Source: Chitinophagaceae bacterium
Lineage (GTDB): Bacteria > Bacteroidota > Bacteroidia > Chitinophagales > Chitinophagaceae
DNA: 64,000 bases
Direction: 5' to 3'
Assembly (NCBI GenBank): GCA_051647125.1
Contig: JBOFDP010000085.1
Span: 50,548-114,547, forward strand
How positions within the stretch are numbered: position 1 is the first letter of the stretch; every line of letters begins with the position of its first letter. A program made the position numbers and the translations under genes. The notes below the pieces were generated by a model. The model worked only from the letters and a program-made list of their open reading frames with translations, ran no database searches and was not told the origin of the DNA. Below, one piece after another: positions 48,203-58,333 of this stretch.

Positions 48203-49072
48203 ATGACAAGCCAAAAAATTAATGAAATTATAAAGAAAAATACCTCTTTATTATTACAAAATGAAGGTGCTTTTTCTGAAAACATATTACCTTCTATACC
48301 TTGTATTATAAAAATAATAGATTTATGTAAGTCTGTTCTTTTTCCTTCATTTTTGTACAAAAAAAATTCCTATCACAATACACAAGAATATCAAATCCAC
48401 ATACATCTTGAAAAAATTTATAACCTATTGATAAATCAATTACACTGTGGTTTTTGTTTTATGCATAAAAATATATTTACGAAAGAACAAGCTGAAAAAA
48501 TAGCCCTTAGTTTTATAGATCTTCTTCCTGAAATTAAAAGACAATTAACTACAGATGCTCAAGCTATTAAAAAAATTGATCCTGCAGCAAATTCTATAGA
48601 AGAAATTATTTTTTGCTATCCCTCTATTATTGCCCTTACTCACCATAGAATTTCCCACCAACTTTTTAAAATGGACATCCCTATAATTCCTCGTATTATT
48701 ACAGAAATGGCACATAGCAATACCGGTATAGATATCCATCCTGCAGCACAAATAGGAGATTTTTTTAGCATAGATCATGGTACAGGAGTAGTTATTGGAG
48801 CAACATGCATTATCGGTCATCATGTTAGTATTTACCAAGGGGTTACTTTAGGAGCAAAAAGTTTTGTTTTTGATGATTGTGGTTTACCACTCAATACTCC
48901 TCGACATCCTATTATTGAAGACCATGTTACTATTTATTCCAATGCCTCTATCTTGGGACGTATCACAATAGGTCATCACAGTGTTATCGGAAGTAATGTT
49001 CGCCTTACGGAAAGCATTTCCCCAAATTCTAAAATTACTCAATCACAACCAATAAAAATTTATGAATCTTAA
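48203..49072 (+). CDS. cysE: Serine O-acetyltransferase
   Basis: ..DPAA..IEEIIFCYPSI.., ..GIDIHPAAQIGDFFSIDHGTGVVIGATCIIG.. (hexapeptide repeats). Adjacent to cysK. Confidence 0.85.
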   Translation: MTSQKINEIIKKNTSLLLQNEGAFSENILPSIPCIIKIIDLCKSVLFPSFLYKKNSYHNTQEYQIHIHLEKIYNLLINQLHCGFCFMHKNIFTKEQAEKIALSFIDLLPEIKRQLTTDAQAIKKIDPAANSIEEIIFCYPSIIALTHHRISHQLFKMDIPIIPRIITEMAHSNTGIDIHPAAQIGDFFSIDHGTGVVIGATCIIGHHVSIYQGVTLGAKSFVFDDCGLPLNTPRHPIIEDHVTIYSNASILGRITIGHHSVIGSNVRLTESISPNSKITQSQPIKIYES

Positions 49073-49979
49073 GAAAAATCTAAATGAACTAGTTGGAAAA
49101 ACTCCTTTAGTAGAAATTAGAAACTATGCAAAATACATGAATACAAAAAGTAATATTTTTGTAAAATTAGAATCTTTCAATCCTTGTAGAAGTGTTAAAG
49201 AACGTATTGCTTTAGCTATGGTAGAAGATGCTTTGAAAAAAGGAATTTTGAAAGAAAAAGGCACTATTATAGAACCTACAAGTGGAAACACAGGAATAGG
49301 TTTATCTATGGTAGGGGCTGCTAAAAATTTACGTGTTATGCTAACTATGCCGGAAACTATGAGTATAGAACGTAGGTCTTTAATGAGTTTATTAGGGGCA
49401 GAACTATTCCTTACTCCTGGAAATTTAGGAATGAAAGGTGCTATAGAAAAAGCAAATCAATTAAAAGAAGAAATTATTGGATCGGTGGTATTAGGTCAAT
49501 TTGAAAATAATGCTAATCCTTTAATACATTATCATACTACTGGGGTAGAAATTTGGGAAGATACTAATGGAAAAACAGATATTTTTATAGCTGGAGTAGG
49601 TACAGGAGGTACTATAAGTGGAGTAGGAAAAAAGTTGAAAGAAAATAATCCTAATATACAAATAGTAGCAGTAGAGCCGGTAGAATCTCCTGTATTGTCA
49701 GGAGGAATACATTCTCCTCATAAAATACAAGGTATAGGTGCTGGGTTTGTTCCAAAAAACTTTCATAAGGATGTAGTGGATACCATTATGCAAGTAAATA
49801 CTGAAGAATCTATAAATACAACTAAACTCTTGGCAAAGCAAGAAGGTATTTTATCAGGTATTTCTTCCGGTGCGGCACTAACCATAGCTACCAAGTTGGC
49901 ACAAATGCAAAATAATGCTGGCAAAAATATTGTAGTTATACTCCCTGATACAGGAGAAAGGTATTTATCAATGTTATAA
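49062..49979 (+). CDS. cysK: Cysteine synthase A (O-acetylserine sulfhydrylase)
   Basis: ..KLESFNPCRSVKERIA.. (PLP Lys), ..EPTSGNTGIGL.., ..GVGTGGTISG... Confidence 0.92.
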   Translation: MNLKKNLNELVGKTPLVEIRNYAKYMNTKSNIFVKLESFNPCRSVKERIALAMVEDALKKGILKEKGTIIEPTSGNTGIGLSMVGAAKNLRVMLTMPETMSIERRSLMSLLGAELFLTPGNLGMKGAIEKANQLKEEIIGSVVLGQFENNANPLIHYHTTGVEIWEDTNGKTDIFIAGVGTGGTISGVGKKLKENNPNIQIVAVEPVESPVLSGGIHSPHKIQGIGAGFVPKNFHKDVVDTIMQVNTEESINTTKLLAKQEGILSGISSGAALTIATKLAQMQNNAGKNIVVILPDTGERYLSML

Positions 49980-49993
49980 TATCTTTGGTATTT

Positions 49994-50965
49994 TTACCAA
50001 CCTAAGATATATGCAAACATCAATGGGGCAATAATTGTAGCATCACTTTCTATAATAAACTTTGGGGTATGAATATCTAATTTTCCCCATGTGATTTTTT
50101 CATTGGGTACAGCACCAGAATACGAACCATAGGAGGTGGTGCTATCAGTAATCTGACAAAAGTATGCCCAAAAAGGAACACCATGCCATTGTAAATCTTG
50201 ATACATCATAGGCACTACACAGATAGGGAAATCTCCTGCAATACCGCCTCCTATCTGAAAAAAACCAACCCCTTTTCCTTCCGAATTTTTCTTGTACCAA
50301 TCAGCAAGAAATACCATATATTCTATACCGCTTTTTGTAGTAGAGGCTTTTAGCTCATTTTTTATCACATAAGAACTAAAAATATTACCCATAGTACTAT
50401 CCTCCCAACCAGGTACTATGATAGGAATATTCTTTTCTGCAGCAGCTAACATCCAACTATTTTTTGGGTCGGCTTCATAGTCTTTTTCCATTACCTTGCT
50501 TAGCAACAATTGGTACATATATTCATAAGGAAAATAACGTTCTTTTTTTTCTTCAGCATTTTTCCAAAGTTTTACTATATGATGTTGTATTTTTCTAAAT
50601 GCCTCTTCTTCGGGTATGCAGGTGTCTGTTACCCGATTAAACCCTTGTTCCAAAAGTTTAAACTCTTGTTCAGGAGTTAAATCTCTATAATAAGGTATGC
50701 GTTTATAATGATTATGGGCTACTAAGTTCATAATATCTTCTTCAAGATTAGCCCCAGTACAAGTAATAATTTGTACTTTATCTTGGCGTATCATCTCTGC
50801 TAAGGAAATACCTAATTCTGCCGTACTCATAGCACCTGCCAAGGTTATCATCATTTTTCCACCTCTCTGGAGGTGTTTCACATAAGCCTTAGAAGCATCT
50901 ACTAGAGTAGCGGCATTGAAATGACGATAATGGCGTGTAATAAATTTTGATATTTCTCCATTCAT
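49994..50965 (-). CDS. Deoxyhypusine synthase-like protein
   Basis: ..MMITLAGAMSTAELG.., ..IITCTGANLEED.., ..GGGIAGDFP.., ..SDATIIAPL.. match the bacterial DHS-homologue family as I remember it. Confidence 0.65.
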   Translation of the reverse strand: MNGEISKFITRHYRHFNAATLVDASKAYVKHLQRGGKMMITLAGAMSTAELGISLAEMIRQDKVQIITCTGANLEEDIMNLVAHNHYKRIPYYRDLTPEQEFKLLEQGFNRVTDTCIPEEEAFRKIQHHIVKLWKNAEEKKERYFPYEYMYQLLLSKVMEKDYEADPKNSWMLAAAEKNIPIIVPGWEDSTMGNIFSSYVIKNELKASTTKSGIEYMVFLADWYKKNSEGKGVGFFQIGGGIAGDFPICVVPMMYQDLQWHGVPFWAYFCQITDSTTSYGSYSGAVPNEKITWGKLDIHTPKFIIESDATIIAPLMFAYILGW

Positions 50966-50983
50966 ATATTAAAAAAATTATAG

Positions 50984-50991
50984 CAAAGATA
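50984..50991 (-). promoter_or_regulatory. Candidate -7 box
   Basis: TATCTTTG on the minus strand, 18 nt before ATG 50965. Confidence 0.45.
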
Positions 50992-51066
50992 CAAATTTTA
51001 TAAAGAGAACTATGTTTAATTTAGTTTAAAAAATAGAGAAAGTATCTTCTATTATAGAATTTCTTG

Positions 51067-51074
51067 TATTTTTG
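51067..51074 (+). promoter_or_regulatory. Candidate -7 box for holB; leaderless-type spacing
   Basis: TATTTTTG, 4 nt before GTG 51079. Confidence 0.35.
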
Positions 51075-51078
51075 TAAG

Positions 51079-52230
51079 GTGAATTTTTCAGAACTAGTAG
51101 GACAAAAAAAAACAACTCATCATTTTATAGAAATGATACAAGAGAACCGTTTGAGCCATGCTGTTTTATTAAAAGGACATGAAGGCAATGGCTCGCTTGC
51201 TTTAGCTTTAAGTGTAGCACAATATTTGATGTGTGAAGAGCGAATTAAAAATACTCAACAACAAGATTCTTGTGGAAAATGCCCTAGTTGTATAAAAGCT
51301 CAACAATATATTCATCCAGACATTCATTTTTCGTACCCCATTATTAGCGAAAAAAATAAAATAAAAAGTATAGATTTTATTACACAATGGCGACATTTTT
51401 TAAATCATAAAATATATGGAAATATTTTCGATTGGTTTTTTTTTTTAAACCCAGAAAACAAACAAGGTAATATTTCTGCTGATGAATGCAATCAAATTAT
51501 ACATGATCTTTCCCTAAAAGGGTATGAATCTCCTTATAAAATTATGTTGTTATGGATGCCAGAATATCTTGGAAAAGAAGGTAATAAATTACTTAAATTG
51601 ATAGAAGAACCACCTTTGGGTACTTATTTATTTCTTATTACTGAAAATGCAAAAGATATTATTCCCACTATTGCCAGTCGTTGTTGCCCTATCCATATCC
51701 CTCTTGCCACAGATGAAAATATTACTCAATATCTTGTAAGAAAAGGAAATATTCCACAAACAGAAATACCTCAACTTGTGTCTACCTCGAAAGGAAATTT
51801 GAGAAAAATATTTTATTATGAAGAAATTACCTCTATGCAAAAAATTTATTTTTCTCACATAGACAAAATATTAAATGTGACATTTTCTTTAGGACCCATA
51901 GCTCATTCAAATTGTATAGAAGAAATTAATACTTTGGGCAGAGAAAAACAAAAATATTTACTTTTTTGTTTTTTATCGTTGATAGAAAAAATGATTACAC
52001 TAAAAGTGTTTCAAACTAACCAAAAAATACAAAATAAGAATCAAGAATTTTCACTTATTAACAAAATGCTTTCTTTTACTAGTATTTCTGTGTGGATTAA
52101 TATGGTACCTTTATTGGAAAAAAATATTTACTATATAGAAAGAAATGCCAACAGCAAAACATTATTTCATGCGTTGCTTATTCGGCTTTATTATGCAGTA
52201 AAAAAACAAACTTTAGTACATAATTTATAA
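51079..52230 (+). CDS. holB: DNA polymerase III delta-prime subunit
   Basis: (M)NFSELVGQ....RLSHAVLLKGHEGNG.., zinc module CGKCPSC, ..SRC... The track start 51064 is TTG. GTG 51079 gives the usual N-terminus, but the start is uncertain. Confidence 0.75.
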   Translation: MNFSELVGQKKTTHHFIEMIQENRLSHAVLLKGHEGNGSLALALSVAQYLMCEERIKNTQQQDSCGKCPSCIKAQQYIHPDIHFSYPIISEKNKIKSIDFITQWRHFLNHKIYGNIFDWFFFLNPENKQGNISADECNQIIHDLSLKGYESPYKIMLLWMPEYLGKEGNKLLKLIEEPPLGTYLFLITENAKDIIPTIASRCCPIHIPLATDENITQYLVRKGNIPQTEIPQLVSTSKGNLRKIFYYEEITSMQKIYFSHIDKILNVTFSLGPIAHSNCIEEINTLGREKQKYLLFCFLSLIEKMITLKVFQTNQKIQNKNQEFSLINKMLSFTSISVWINMVPLLEKNIYYIERNANSKTLFHALLIRLYYAVKKQTLVHNL

Positions 52231-52526
52231 AATAGCTCTTATTCTTTTTTATTTACTATAGAAAATCATTTTTACATCGAATAAACCCACGAATTCCTCA
52301 TACCATTGTGCGTCTATTTTTTATTATTGCGCGTTTACAGCTATAATTTTAGTACAATACCAAACAAAAATATTACAGATAATATTAATTTTTTCATAAA
52401 TACAGTTTTTTACTGGTTAAGGTATATTTATTAAATCATTTTTTTATAGTAATTAAGTATTTCTTAAATGACCTATAAAAAATACAAAGGCAACAAAAAA
52501 TTTTACAAATGAAAATATTTTTTAAC

Positions 52527-52534
52527 TAATTTTG
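52527..52534 (+). promoter_or_regulatory. Candidate -7 box, far from its gene
   Basis: TAATTTTG, 88 nt before ATG 52623. Confidence 0.3.
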
Positions 52535-52622
52535 CAATCTGAAAAAATGGATTATACACATAGTAGATATTGACCAAAAACAGACTTTTTCGTTTTACCA
52601 TTATCTAAACCTCCTTTAATTT

Positions 52623-53204
52623 ATGAGTGATTCAAGTATACATTATTTATCTTATTGGGGAAATCTAGATACTTGGTTAGATATTTTTTATCACCAAAAC
52701 GTATTTATTTTTGAAAATACTCCTTATCTAGATTTTCCTAAAGGTGCTTTAAACCGCACTTCTATTCTTTCGTCTCAAGGAGTTCTTAACTTAAGAATCC
52801 CCATACAAGGAGGACGTAAAAATAAACATTTGTTTAAAGATATTAAAATAGATAATAACAAACCTTGGAAAAAACACCATTACAAAAGTATAATCAGTTG
52901 TTATGGAAAATCGCCTTGGTGGAAAGAATATGAAGAAGATATAGAAAAATTTTATCAACAAAAAAAAATATTTTTATTGGATTTTAATCACTTAATCTAT
53001 GAATGGGTTGCTAATACTTTGAAGTGTAAGATTAATTATATTTCAACAAATTCTTTGGTTAAAAACTGTAATTTAAAAACCTCTTTTCCCATTTATCAAC
53101 AAGTCTTTGGACATCGATTTAATAAAGAAGTTTTTATATTAGATGCTATCCTGTGTTTGGGGGAAAAAGAATTGGTCTATTGTTTACAACACCATAAAAG
53201 ATAA
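52623..53204 (+). CDS. WbqC-family protein
   Basis: The pattern ..NRTSILSSQGVLNLRIPIQGG..IKIDNNKPWKKHHYKSIISCYGKSPWW.. resembles WbqC-like proteins. Assigned from memory only. Confidence 0.5.
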   Translation: MSDSSIHYLSYWGNLDTWLDIFYHQNVFIFENTPYLDFPKGALNRTSILSSQGVLNLRIPIQGGRKNKHLFKDIKIDNNKPWKKHHYKSIISCYGKSPWWKEYEEDIEKFYQQKKIFLLDFNHLIYEWVANTLKCKINYISTNSLVKNCNLKTSFPIYQQVFGHRFNKEVFILDAILCLGEKELVYCLQHHKR

Positions 53205-53243
53205 TATCACAGATATAGCTTTTTTGAATATTTATTTTTTTTC

Positions 53244-54728
53244 TTAACAAAGAAAAATAATTAGGCTCAATAGAAGTAAACATATCAAAGCATAAAGTAT
53301 TACAGATTTTAATATTTTTCCTTCCTGACCATCAAGCTTACAAGTAGAAGTAGCTACAGAAATACTTTGTGGAGAAATAATTTTTCCTACGGTTGCACCA
53401 GCAGTATTTGCCGAAGTAATCCATGTTGTGTCTAAGTGCAAATTATGAGCTACACTATATTGTAGCTTTGCAAATAGAATATTTGAAGCCGCATTACTGC
53501 CTGTTAAAAAAGTTCCAATACAACCAATAAAAGGAGCTATAAAGGAAAAATAATGTTGTGTAGAAGAAGCTAATGCATTTGCCAATATTTCTATCATACC
53601 TGAAAAATCCATTATAGTAGCAAAAATGACTAAAAACAATGTTGTAAGTACTGTTTTTTTCATCTGTAGACATGTTTTTCCTAAAATAATGCTCAACGTT
53701 TTTAAGCGAGCTCCTTGTATTAACCCACCGATTACTCCACCCAATAAAAGTAAAAAAGGAGTAGAGGTGAACCACCAAATTTCAAATACAGCCAACCTAC
53801 CTCCAATCATAAATTCAAATTGGTTATGAGCTAAATTTTCTAAAAAATATTTCAATGTTATTTTAAATGGACTTGTAACAATAATTAACCCCACAATAAT
53901 AATATATATACTCCAGGCTTTTAGAATATGTTTGTTTTTATAATGTACTTTGAAAGATTCCTTTTTATAAAAAACCTTTGCTATAACCATTAATGCTAAT
54001 AATACAAAAATACAACTAATAATACCAGGAACCTCTACACTTAAAAATAATGCTGAAAAATATTGAGAAACAAAAGAAACTATCCCTAAAGATATTGCTA
54101 AAATTATATTTTGCCAAATAGCTTTATGGTTGATAATCATGGTTACCATAAAAATAGTTACAATCATTAATGCTAATAATTGCCAGACTATCGTCAGACC
54201 CAAAGCTTTCTCTGGTATACCTGTTTCTTGAGACAGTGTAACAATAACTAAACCAATACTTCCAAAAGCTGTATTAGCACTATTGGCAATCAAACTTACC
54301 ATAGCCGAAACCATAGGTTTATATCCTATTCCTATTAAAATAGCCATAGGAATAGCTACAGAAGTGCCAAAACCTGCAAGTGATTCTAATAGCCCACCAA
54401 AACCAAAAGTAATTAGTAATACTTGTATTGTTTTATTTTTTGAAATAGAAGAAATTTGAGATTCTAATACTTTCATATATTTTGTATACAATAGTATATT
54501 ATATCCAAAAATAGCCATAATCACAATAAAGATAATAAGTCCAAATGCCTTGATTGAACCAAATGCCATAGATTGAAAAAAATCTTGGAGAGGAAAATGA
54601 AAATATAATACCGCTAACACCAAACAAACTACTAAGGCAATCAAACTACTAAGATAACTAGTAACTCTAAATACCCCGAGCAAAAGAATGAGGACCAAAA
54701 TAGGAATAGTTGATAAAAAAATATCCAT
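53244..54728 (-). CDS. lctP: L-lactate permease family transporter
   Basis: 494 aa with about 13 transmembrane segments. The N-terminus ..IPILVLILLLGVFRV.. and ..GFGTSVAIPMAILIGIGY.. fit the LctP family. Confidence 0.65.
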   Translation of the reverse strand: MDIFLSTIPILVLILLLGVFRVTSYLSSLIALVVCLVLAVLYFHFPLQDFFQSMAFGSIKAFGLIIFIVIMAIFGYNILLYTKYMKVLESQISSISKNKTIQVLLITFGFGGLLESLAGFGTSVAIPMAILIGIGYKPMVSAMVSLIANSANTAFGSIGLVIVTLSQETGIPEKALGLTIVWQLLALMIVTIFMVTMIINHKAIWQNIILAISLGIVSFVSQYFSALFLSVEVPGIISCIFVLLALMVIAKVFYKKESFKVHYKNKHILKAWSIYIIIVGLIIVTSPFKITLKYFLENLAHNQFEFMIGGRLAVFEIWWFTSTPFLLLLGGVIGGLIQGARLKTLSIILGKTCLQMKKTVLTTLFLVIFATIMDFSGMIEILANALASSTQHYFSFIAPFIGCIGTFLTGSNAASNILFAKLQYSVAHNLHLDTTWITSANTAGATVGKIISPQSISVATSTCKLDGQEGKILKSVILYALICLLLLSLIIFLC

Positions 54729-54748
54729 AAAAAGAAAATAACAACAAG

Positions 54749-54756
54749 CAAAAGTA
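54749..54756 (-). promoter_or_regulatory. Candidate -7 box for lctP
   Basis: TACTTTTG on the minus strand, 20 nt before ATG 54728. Confidence 0.4.
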
Positions 54757-54766
54757 TTGATTTTTT

Positions 54767-55702
54767 CTATTTTTTTGTAGATGGCATAGGAAAATCTAAG
54801 GCAATATTAGGTTTGATGGTATTGGTTTGGAAGATAAATTGTAATGTTTGGTGTTGGTTTTTGGTGTTAGTTATCTGATTAGAAATCATAAATTTTTTAG
54901 GTAAAAAATTATTCTTTGCTATAAGTTCATATTCTAAAAAATTAATATCCACATGTATTTTTCCTTGTTTCATAAAAAACTTATCAAGTAAATAAGTCTC
55001 TATATTATTGCTAAATAGTGCAATAATTTTTCCTTGCGGGAAGGAATAATTAATAGTATATTGTTGGGTAATGTTATTATACCAAATAGAATCAGAAACT
55101 ATTTTTGGGAAAGGAAAATTTCCTAAAAAACATAGATTCATAAACATAAAAACTTCTTGTGGGTTATCTTTAATATAATCTAACATAGATTTCATTTTGT
55201 TTAATTTATCTATTTCTATAGAATTATCTTGTTTCTTTTTTTTACTATGTTTTTTTATAAATGCCAATGTTGAATCATACTGATTTTCCAAAAGTTGATG
55301 TAAATGAAAAGCATTATTTTCCCCTATTATTTTCACTAAAAAATCTTTTTTTGTAGCTTTTATACGTACTATCTCTATTCCAAAATAAGTCATAGAACAC
55401 CAAAAAACACTATCTTTAAAAATACGTGTTTCCATACTAAAGTTTATCTTGTGCTTCTCTTCTTTTGCTTGAACATAAACTTTTGTTTTTATCTTTACGG
55501 TTTGAATATCTGTATGCTTTTTGGTATACAAAATAGAATTTATAAGAGCCGTATCTTGTAATCGTTTTTGGCTTAAAAGTATAGAATCATTAAATCCAAA
55601 ACCCTCATTTTCTACTATTGAAGAATACAACAAATCATTTTTGCTGCCACATTGTATAAATAAAAAAACACTTATACAACAAATCATTATTTTGGGTATC
55701 AT
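54767..55702 (-). CDS. Hypothetical lipoprotein
   Basis: MIPKIMICCISVFLFIQCGSKN is a signal peptide with a lipobox. I cannot name a family reliably. Confidence 0.5.
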   Translation of the reverse strand: MIPKIMICCISVFLFIQCGSKNDLLYSSIVENEGFGFNDSILLSQKRLQDTALINSILYTKKHTDIQTVKIKTKVYVQAKEEKHKINFSMETRIFKDSVFWCSMTYFGIEIVRIKATKKDFLVKIIGENNAFHLHQLLENQYDSTLAFIKKHSKKKKQDNSIEIDKLNKMKSMLDYIKDNPQEVFMFMNLCFLGNFPFPKIVSDSIWYNNITQQYTINYSFPQGKIIALFSNNIETYLLDKFFMKQGKIHVDINFLEYELIAKNNFLPKKFMISNQITNTKNQHQTLQFIFQTNTIKPNIALDFPMPSTKK

Positions 55703-55706
55703 ATAA

Positions 55707-55714
55707 CAAAACTA
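55707..55714 (-). promoter_or_regulatory. Candidate -7 box; leaderless-type spacing
   Basis: TAGTTTTG on the minus strand, 4 nt before ATG 55702. Confidence 0.35.
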
Positions 55715-55760
55715 CAACAATATGTTTGGAAAAACATTTTTCGTTCTCCTTTATCTAGAT

Positions 55761-55768
55761 TATCTTTG
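55761..55768 (+). promoter_or_regulatory. Candidate -7 box
   Basis: TATCTTTG, 20 nt before ATG 55789. Confidence 0.45.
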
Positions 55769-55788
55769 TAGAGGCTAAAAATACTTCT

Positions 55789-56682
55789 ATGAAAAAAATT
55801 ATTTTCCTAACTTTTTTTTTATGTACAACCCTTGCTTATACTCAAAAAAACTCCTTGTTTTGGAATATACGTATAGATAGTTTGCGGTATATTTATGAAC
55901 AAACATTATTAAGTTCTGAATCTTTCTCCTCTAATTATTCCCAGGATAGTCTTATAATAAAAATTATTGTGCGTATGCTACGTGATGACAATAGTTACAA
56001 ACAAAAATGGGATTCTTTATCAGGTTTTCTTACTTGTATGATAGCTCCGGACAATAAATTTAGGGTAATTACCTGGAAAATACCCATTCCCTCAGCTTCA
56101 AATCTTTTTTCTTATAGAGGTATCATACAAATGAATGATAAAACCAATACACTTATTCCTTTGTTTGATGGATATGTTTTTAGTCAAAATAGATATCGTG
56201 CCGATGGGTATGATAATCATAAAAACTGGTTTGGAGCTACCTATTATGCCATCTTTCAATTAGAAAAAAACGAACCCACTTATACACTTTTCGGACTTAG
56301 ACAAGATGATGTTTTTTCTGATAAAAAAATTATAGAAACCTTTTCTTTAAACAAAGATAAAAGTATTTCCTTTGGAGGAGCTTTTCACCTAAACGGTATC
56401 GACACAAACATTTATACCAATAATAACGAACGTTTCATTTTTGCCTTCAAAAAAGGTATTTCTACTACTTTTTTATATGAAAAAGATTTAAAAAGAATTG
56501 TTTTTGATCAGCTTACTTCTATATCCAATTCTCTAATGGGTCAAAATAAACTAATCTCTGGTATATCTGGAATTAACAATATTTTTGTACCTGATGGACA
56601 TTATTTAGGATTAAAATACCAAGGAAATGGTACTTGGTTTTTTGTTGGTGATGTTCTTAATTTGTTGAAAAAGAAAAATTAA
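55789..56682 (+). CDS. Hypothetical secreted protein
   Basis: Signal peptide MKKIIFLTFFLCTTLAYTQ. No recognisable motif. Confidence 0.5.
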   Translation: MKKIIFLTFFLCTTLAYTQKNSLFWNIRIDSLRYIYEQTLLSSESFSSNYSQDSLIIKIIVRMLRDDNSYKQKWDSLSGFLTCMIAPDNKFRVITWKIPIPSASNLFSYRGIIQMNDKTNTLIPLFDGYVFSQNRYRADGYDNHKNWFGATYYAIFQLEKNEPTYTLFGLRQDDVFSDKKIIETFSLNKDKSISFGGAFHLNGIDTNIYTNNNERFIFAFKKGISTTFLYEKDLKRIVFDQLTSISNSLMGQNKLISGISGINNIFVPDGHYLGLKYQGNGTWFFVGDVLNLLKKKN

Positions 56683-56743
56683 AAGAATCAATATTATAAA
56701 CTATATTATTATTCCCTTACATACAGGATATAAAGAAAACACT

Positions 56744-56751
56744 TATTTTTG
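56744..56751 (+). promoter_or_regulatory. Candidate -7 box for ubiE-porT
   Basis: TATTTTTG, 19 nt before ATG 56771. Confidence 0.45.
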
Positions 56752-56770
56752 TAAAAATTTTTTCTTATTT

Positions 56771-57514
56771 ATGGATTATCCACATGACAATATTGTACCT
56801 GATAAAAAAGAAACTACTGATAAAAAAAAGCAAGTGTCTACCATGTTTAATGAAATTGCTTCTCTTTATGATACTGCCAATAGATTATTATCCTTAGGTA
56901 TAGACAAAAATTGGAGAAAAAAAGCACTTAAAGAGCTGAAACTACAAAACCCTCAATATATACTAGATGTGGCTACTGGTACTGGTGACTTTGCTATAAT
57001 GACTTATGAGTATCTAAAGTCGAAAAAAATTATTGGTATAGATATTGCCCAAAAAATGTTAGAACAAGGTCATAAAAAAACTACCCTTAAAAACTTACAA
57101 TCACATATTGAATTTCAATTAGGTGATGCCGAAAAAATACAATTTCCGGATTGCTCTTTTGATGCTATCACTGTTGCTTTTGGGGTAAGAAATTTTGAAA
57201 ACCTACTCAAAGGATTACAAGAAATGTATAGAGTCTTAAAACCTAATGGGAAATGTGTTATTTTAGAATTTAGCCAACCTAAAGGCTGGTTTCAATATAT
57301 ATATAATATTTATTTAAAATACATTACTCCCAATATAGGAGGACTAATTACAAGAAAAAAAACGGCTTATTTATATTTAAGAAATTCTATACAAGCATTC
57401 CCTGAAAGAAATAATTTTGAGAAAATTATGCAAAATGCTGGTTTTGAAAAAACATATCGTATTTCATTATCTGGAGGTATTTGCCATATTTATGTAGGAT
57501 GCAAAAAATTATAA
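56771..57514 (+). CDS. ubiE: Demethylmenaquinone methyltransferase (UbiE/MenG)
   Basis: ..VSTMFNEIASLYDTANRLLSLGIDKNWR.., SAM motif ILDVATGTGD, ..VAFGVRNF... Confidence 0.88.
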   Translation: MDYPHDNIVPDKKETTDKKKQVSTMFNEIASLYDTANRLLSLGIDKNWRKKALKELKLQNPQYILDVATGTGDFAIMTYEYLKSKKIIGIDIAQKMLEQGHKKTTLKNLQSHIEFQLGDAEKIQFPDCSFDAITVAFGVRNFENLLKGLQEMYRVLKPNGKCVILEFSQPKGWFQYIYNIYLKYITPNIGGLITRKKTAYLYLRNSIQAFPERNNFEKIMQNAGFEKTYRISLSGGICHIYVGCKKL

Positions 57515-58269
57515 TCCATATATGTTTTTTACTTTGTTTGAGTATATCAACGAATGCTCAGCATGCAAATCGTTTTAGACTCCATACAGAAAGCTATTGG
57601 AATAATAAAGATTTTGAAAATACAAAATGGTTTTTTAGCCTTGTTTTAGGTCCTCAAATATCCTGGTATAACATACAAAAAAATAAAAATTTTTATTCTC
57701 AAGATACTCTCTTTAGCATTAAACCTAACCTGGGTGGTGGATTTACTGCTGGTATAGATTTTACTTGGAAACCTAATAAATATATTGAACTTAAAACCAA
57801 CCTTTTTCAGTTTTTAATAGAACAACGTTCTATTACTTATACCATTACCAAACCTGGATTTTTAGAAACGCCAATAATGACAAAGGTTTCTGAATCGGCT
57901 TTTTTACGTTTTCCTGTAATCGTTAAAATTAACTCCGATAGAATTAATAATTTTAGGGTTTTTGTTTTTTCCGGTTTTAAATATGATATAGAAGTAGCTT
58001 CTAATTTCTCTCAAAAGGTAGATATTACTCGTATTTCTTTTAATAAAAGTGATTGGGGACTACAAGGTGGTTTTGGATTTCATTTTTATTTGCCCACTGT
58101 GGTACTTACCACCCAATTTCAATTTGATTATGGTTTTAATAATTTGATTATCCCAAATTCGGAAAATAAGTTTTTAGCCTCTATTAGTGAAATTCATAAT
58201 AGAAGTATTTCTTTAAAACTAATTGTTGAAGGATTGTTTGGAGAAAATGGTTGGGTTAATTTACAATAA
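57499..58269 (+). CDS. porT: PorT-family outer-membrane beta-barrel protein
   Basis: Signal peptide MQKIIIHICFLLCLSISTNAQ and a beta-barrel pattern. The ubiE-porT adjacency is typical of Bacteroidota. The track start 57481 is TTG. Confidence 0.6.
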   Translation: MQKIIIHICFLLCLSISTNAQHANRFRLHTESYWNNKDFENTKWFFSLVLGPQISWYNIQKNKNFYSQDTLFSIKPNLGGGFTAGIDFTWKPNKYIELKTNLFQFLIEQRSITYTITKPGFLETPIMTKVSESAFLRFPVIVKINSDRINNFRVFVFSGFKYDIEVASNFSQKVDITRISFNKSDWGLQGGFGFHFYLPTVVLTTQFQFDYGFNNLIIPNSENKFLASISEIHNRSISLKLIVEGLFGENGWVNLQ

Positions 58270-58302
58270 AATATAAACAAACTTATTCTCAATAAAAAGT
58301 TC

Positions 58303-58310
58303 TATTTTTG
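58303..58310 (+). promoter_or_regulatory. Candidate -7 box
   Basis: TATTTTTG, 23 nt before GTG 58334. Confidence 0.45.
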
Positions 58311-58333
58311 TAAACAATTCTTTCTTTTTTGTA

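Noticed and set aside
56776-56784. Perfect DnaA box TTATCCACA.
   Set aside because: It lies within codons 2-5 of ubiE with no companion boxes. I treat it as a chance occurrence, and it serves as a caution for the oriC idea at 62.8 kb.
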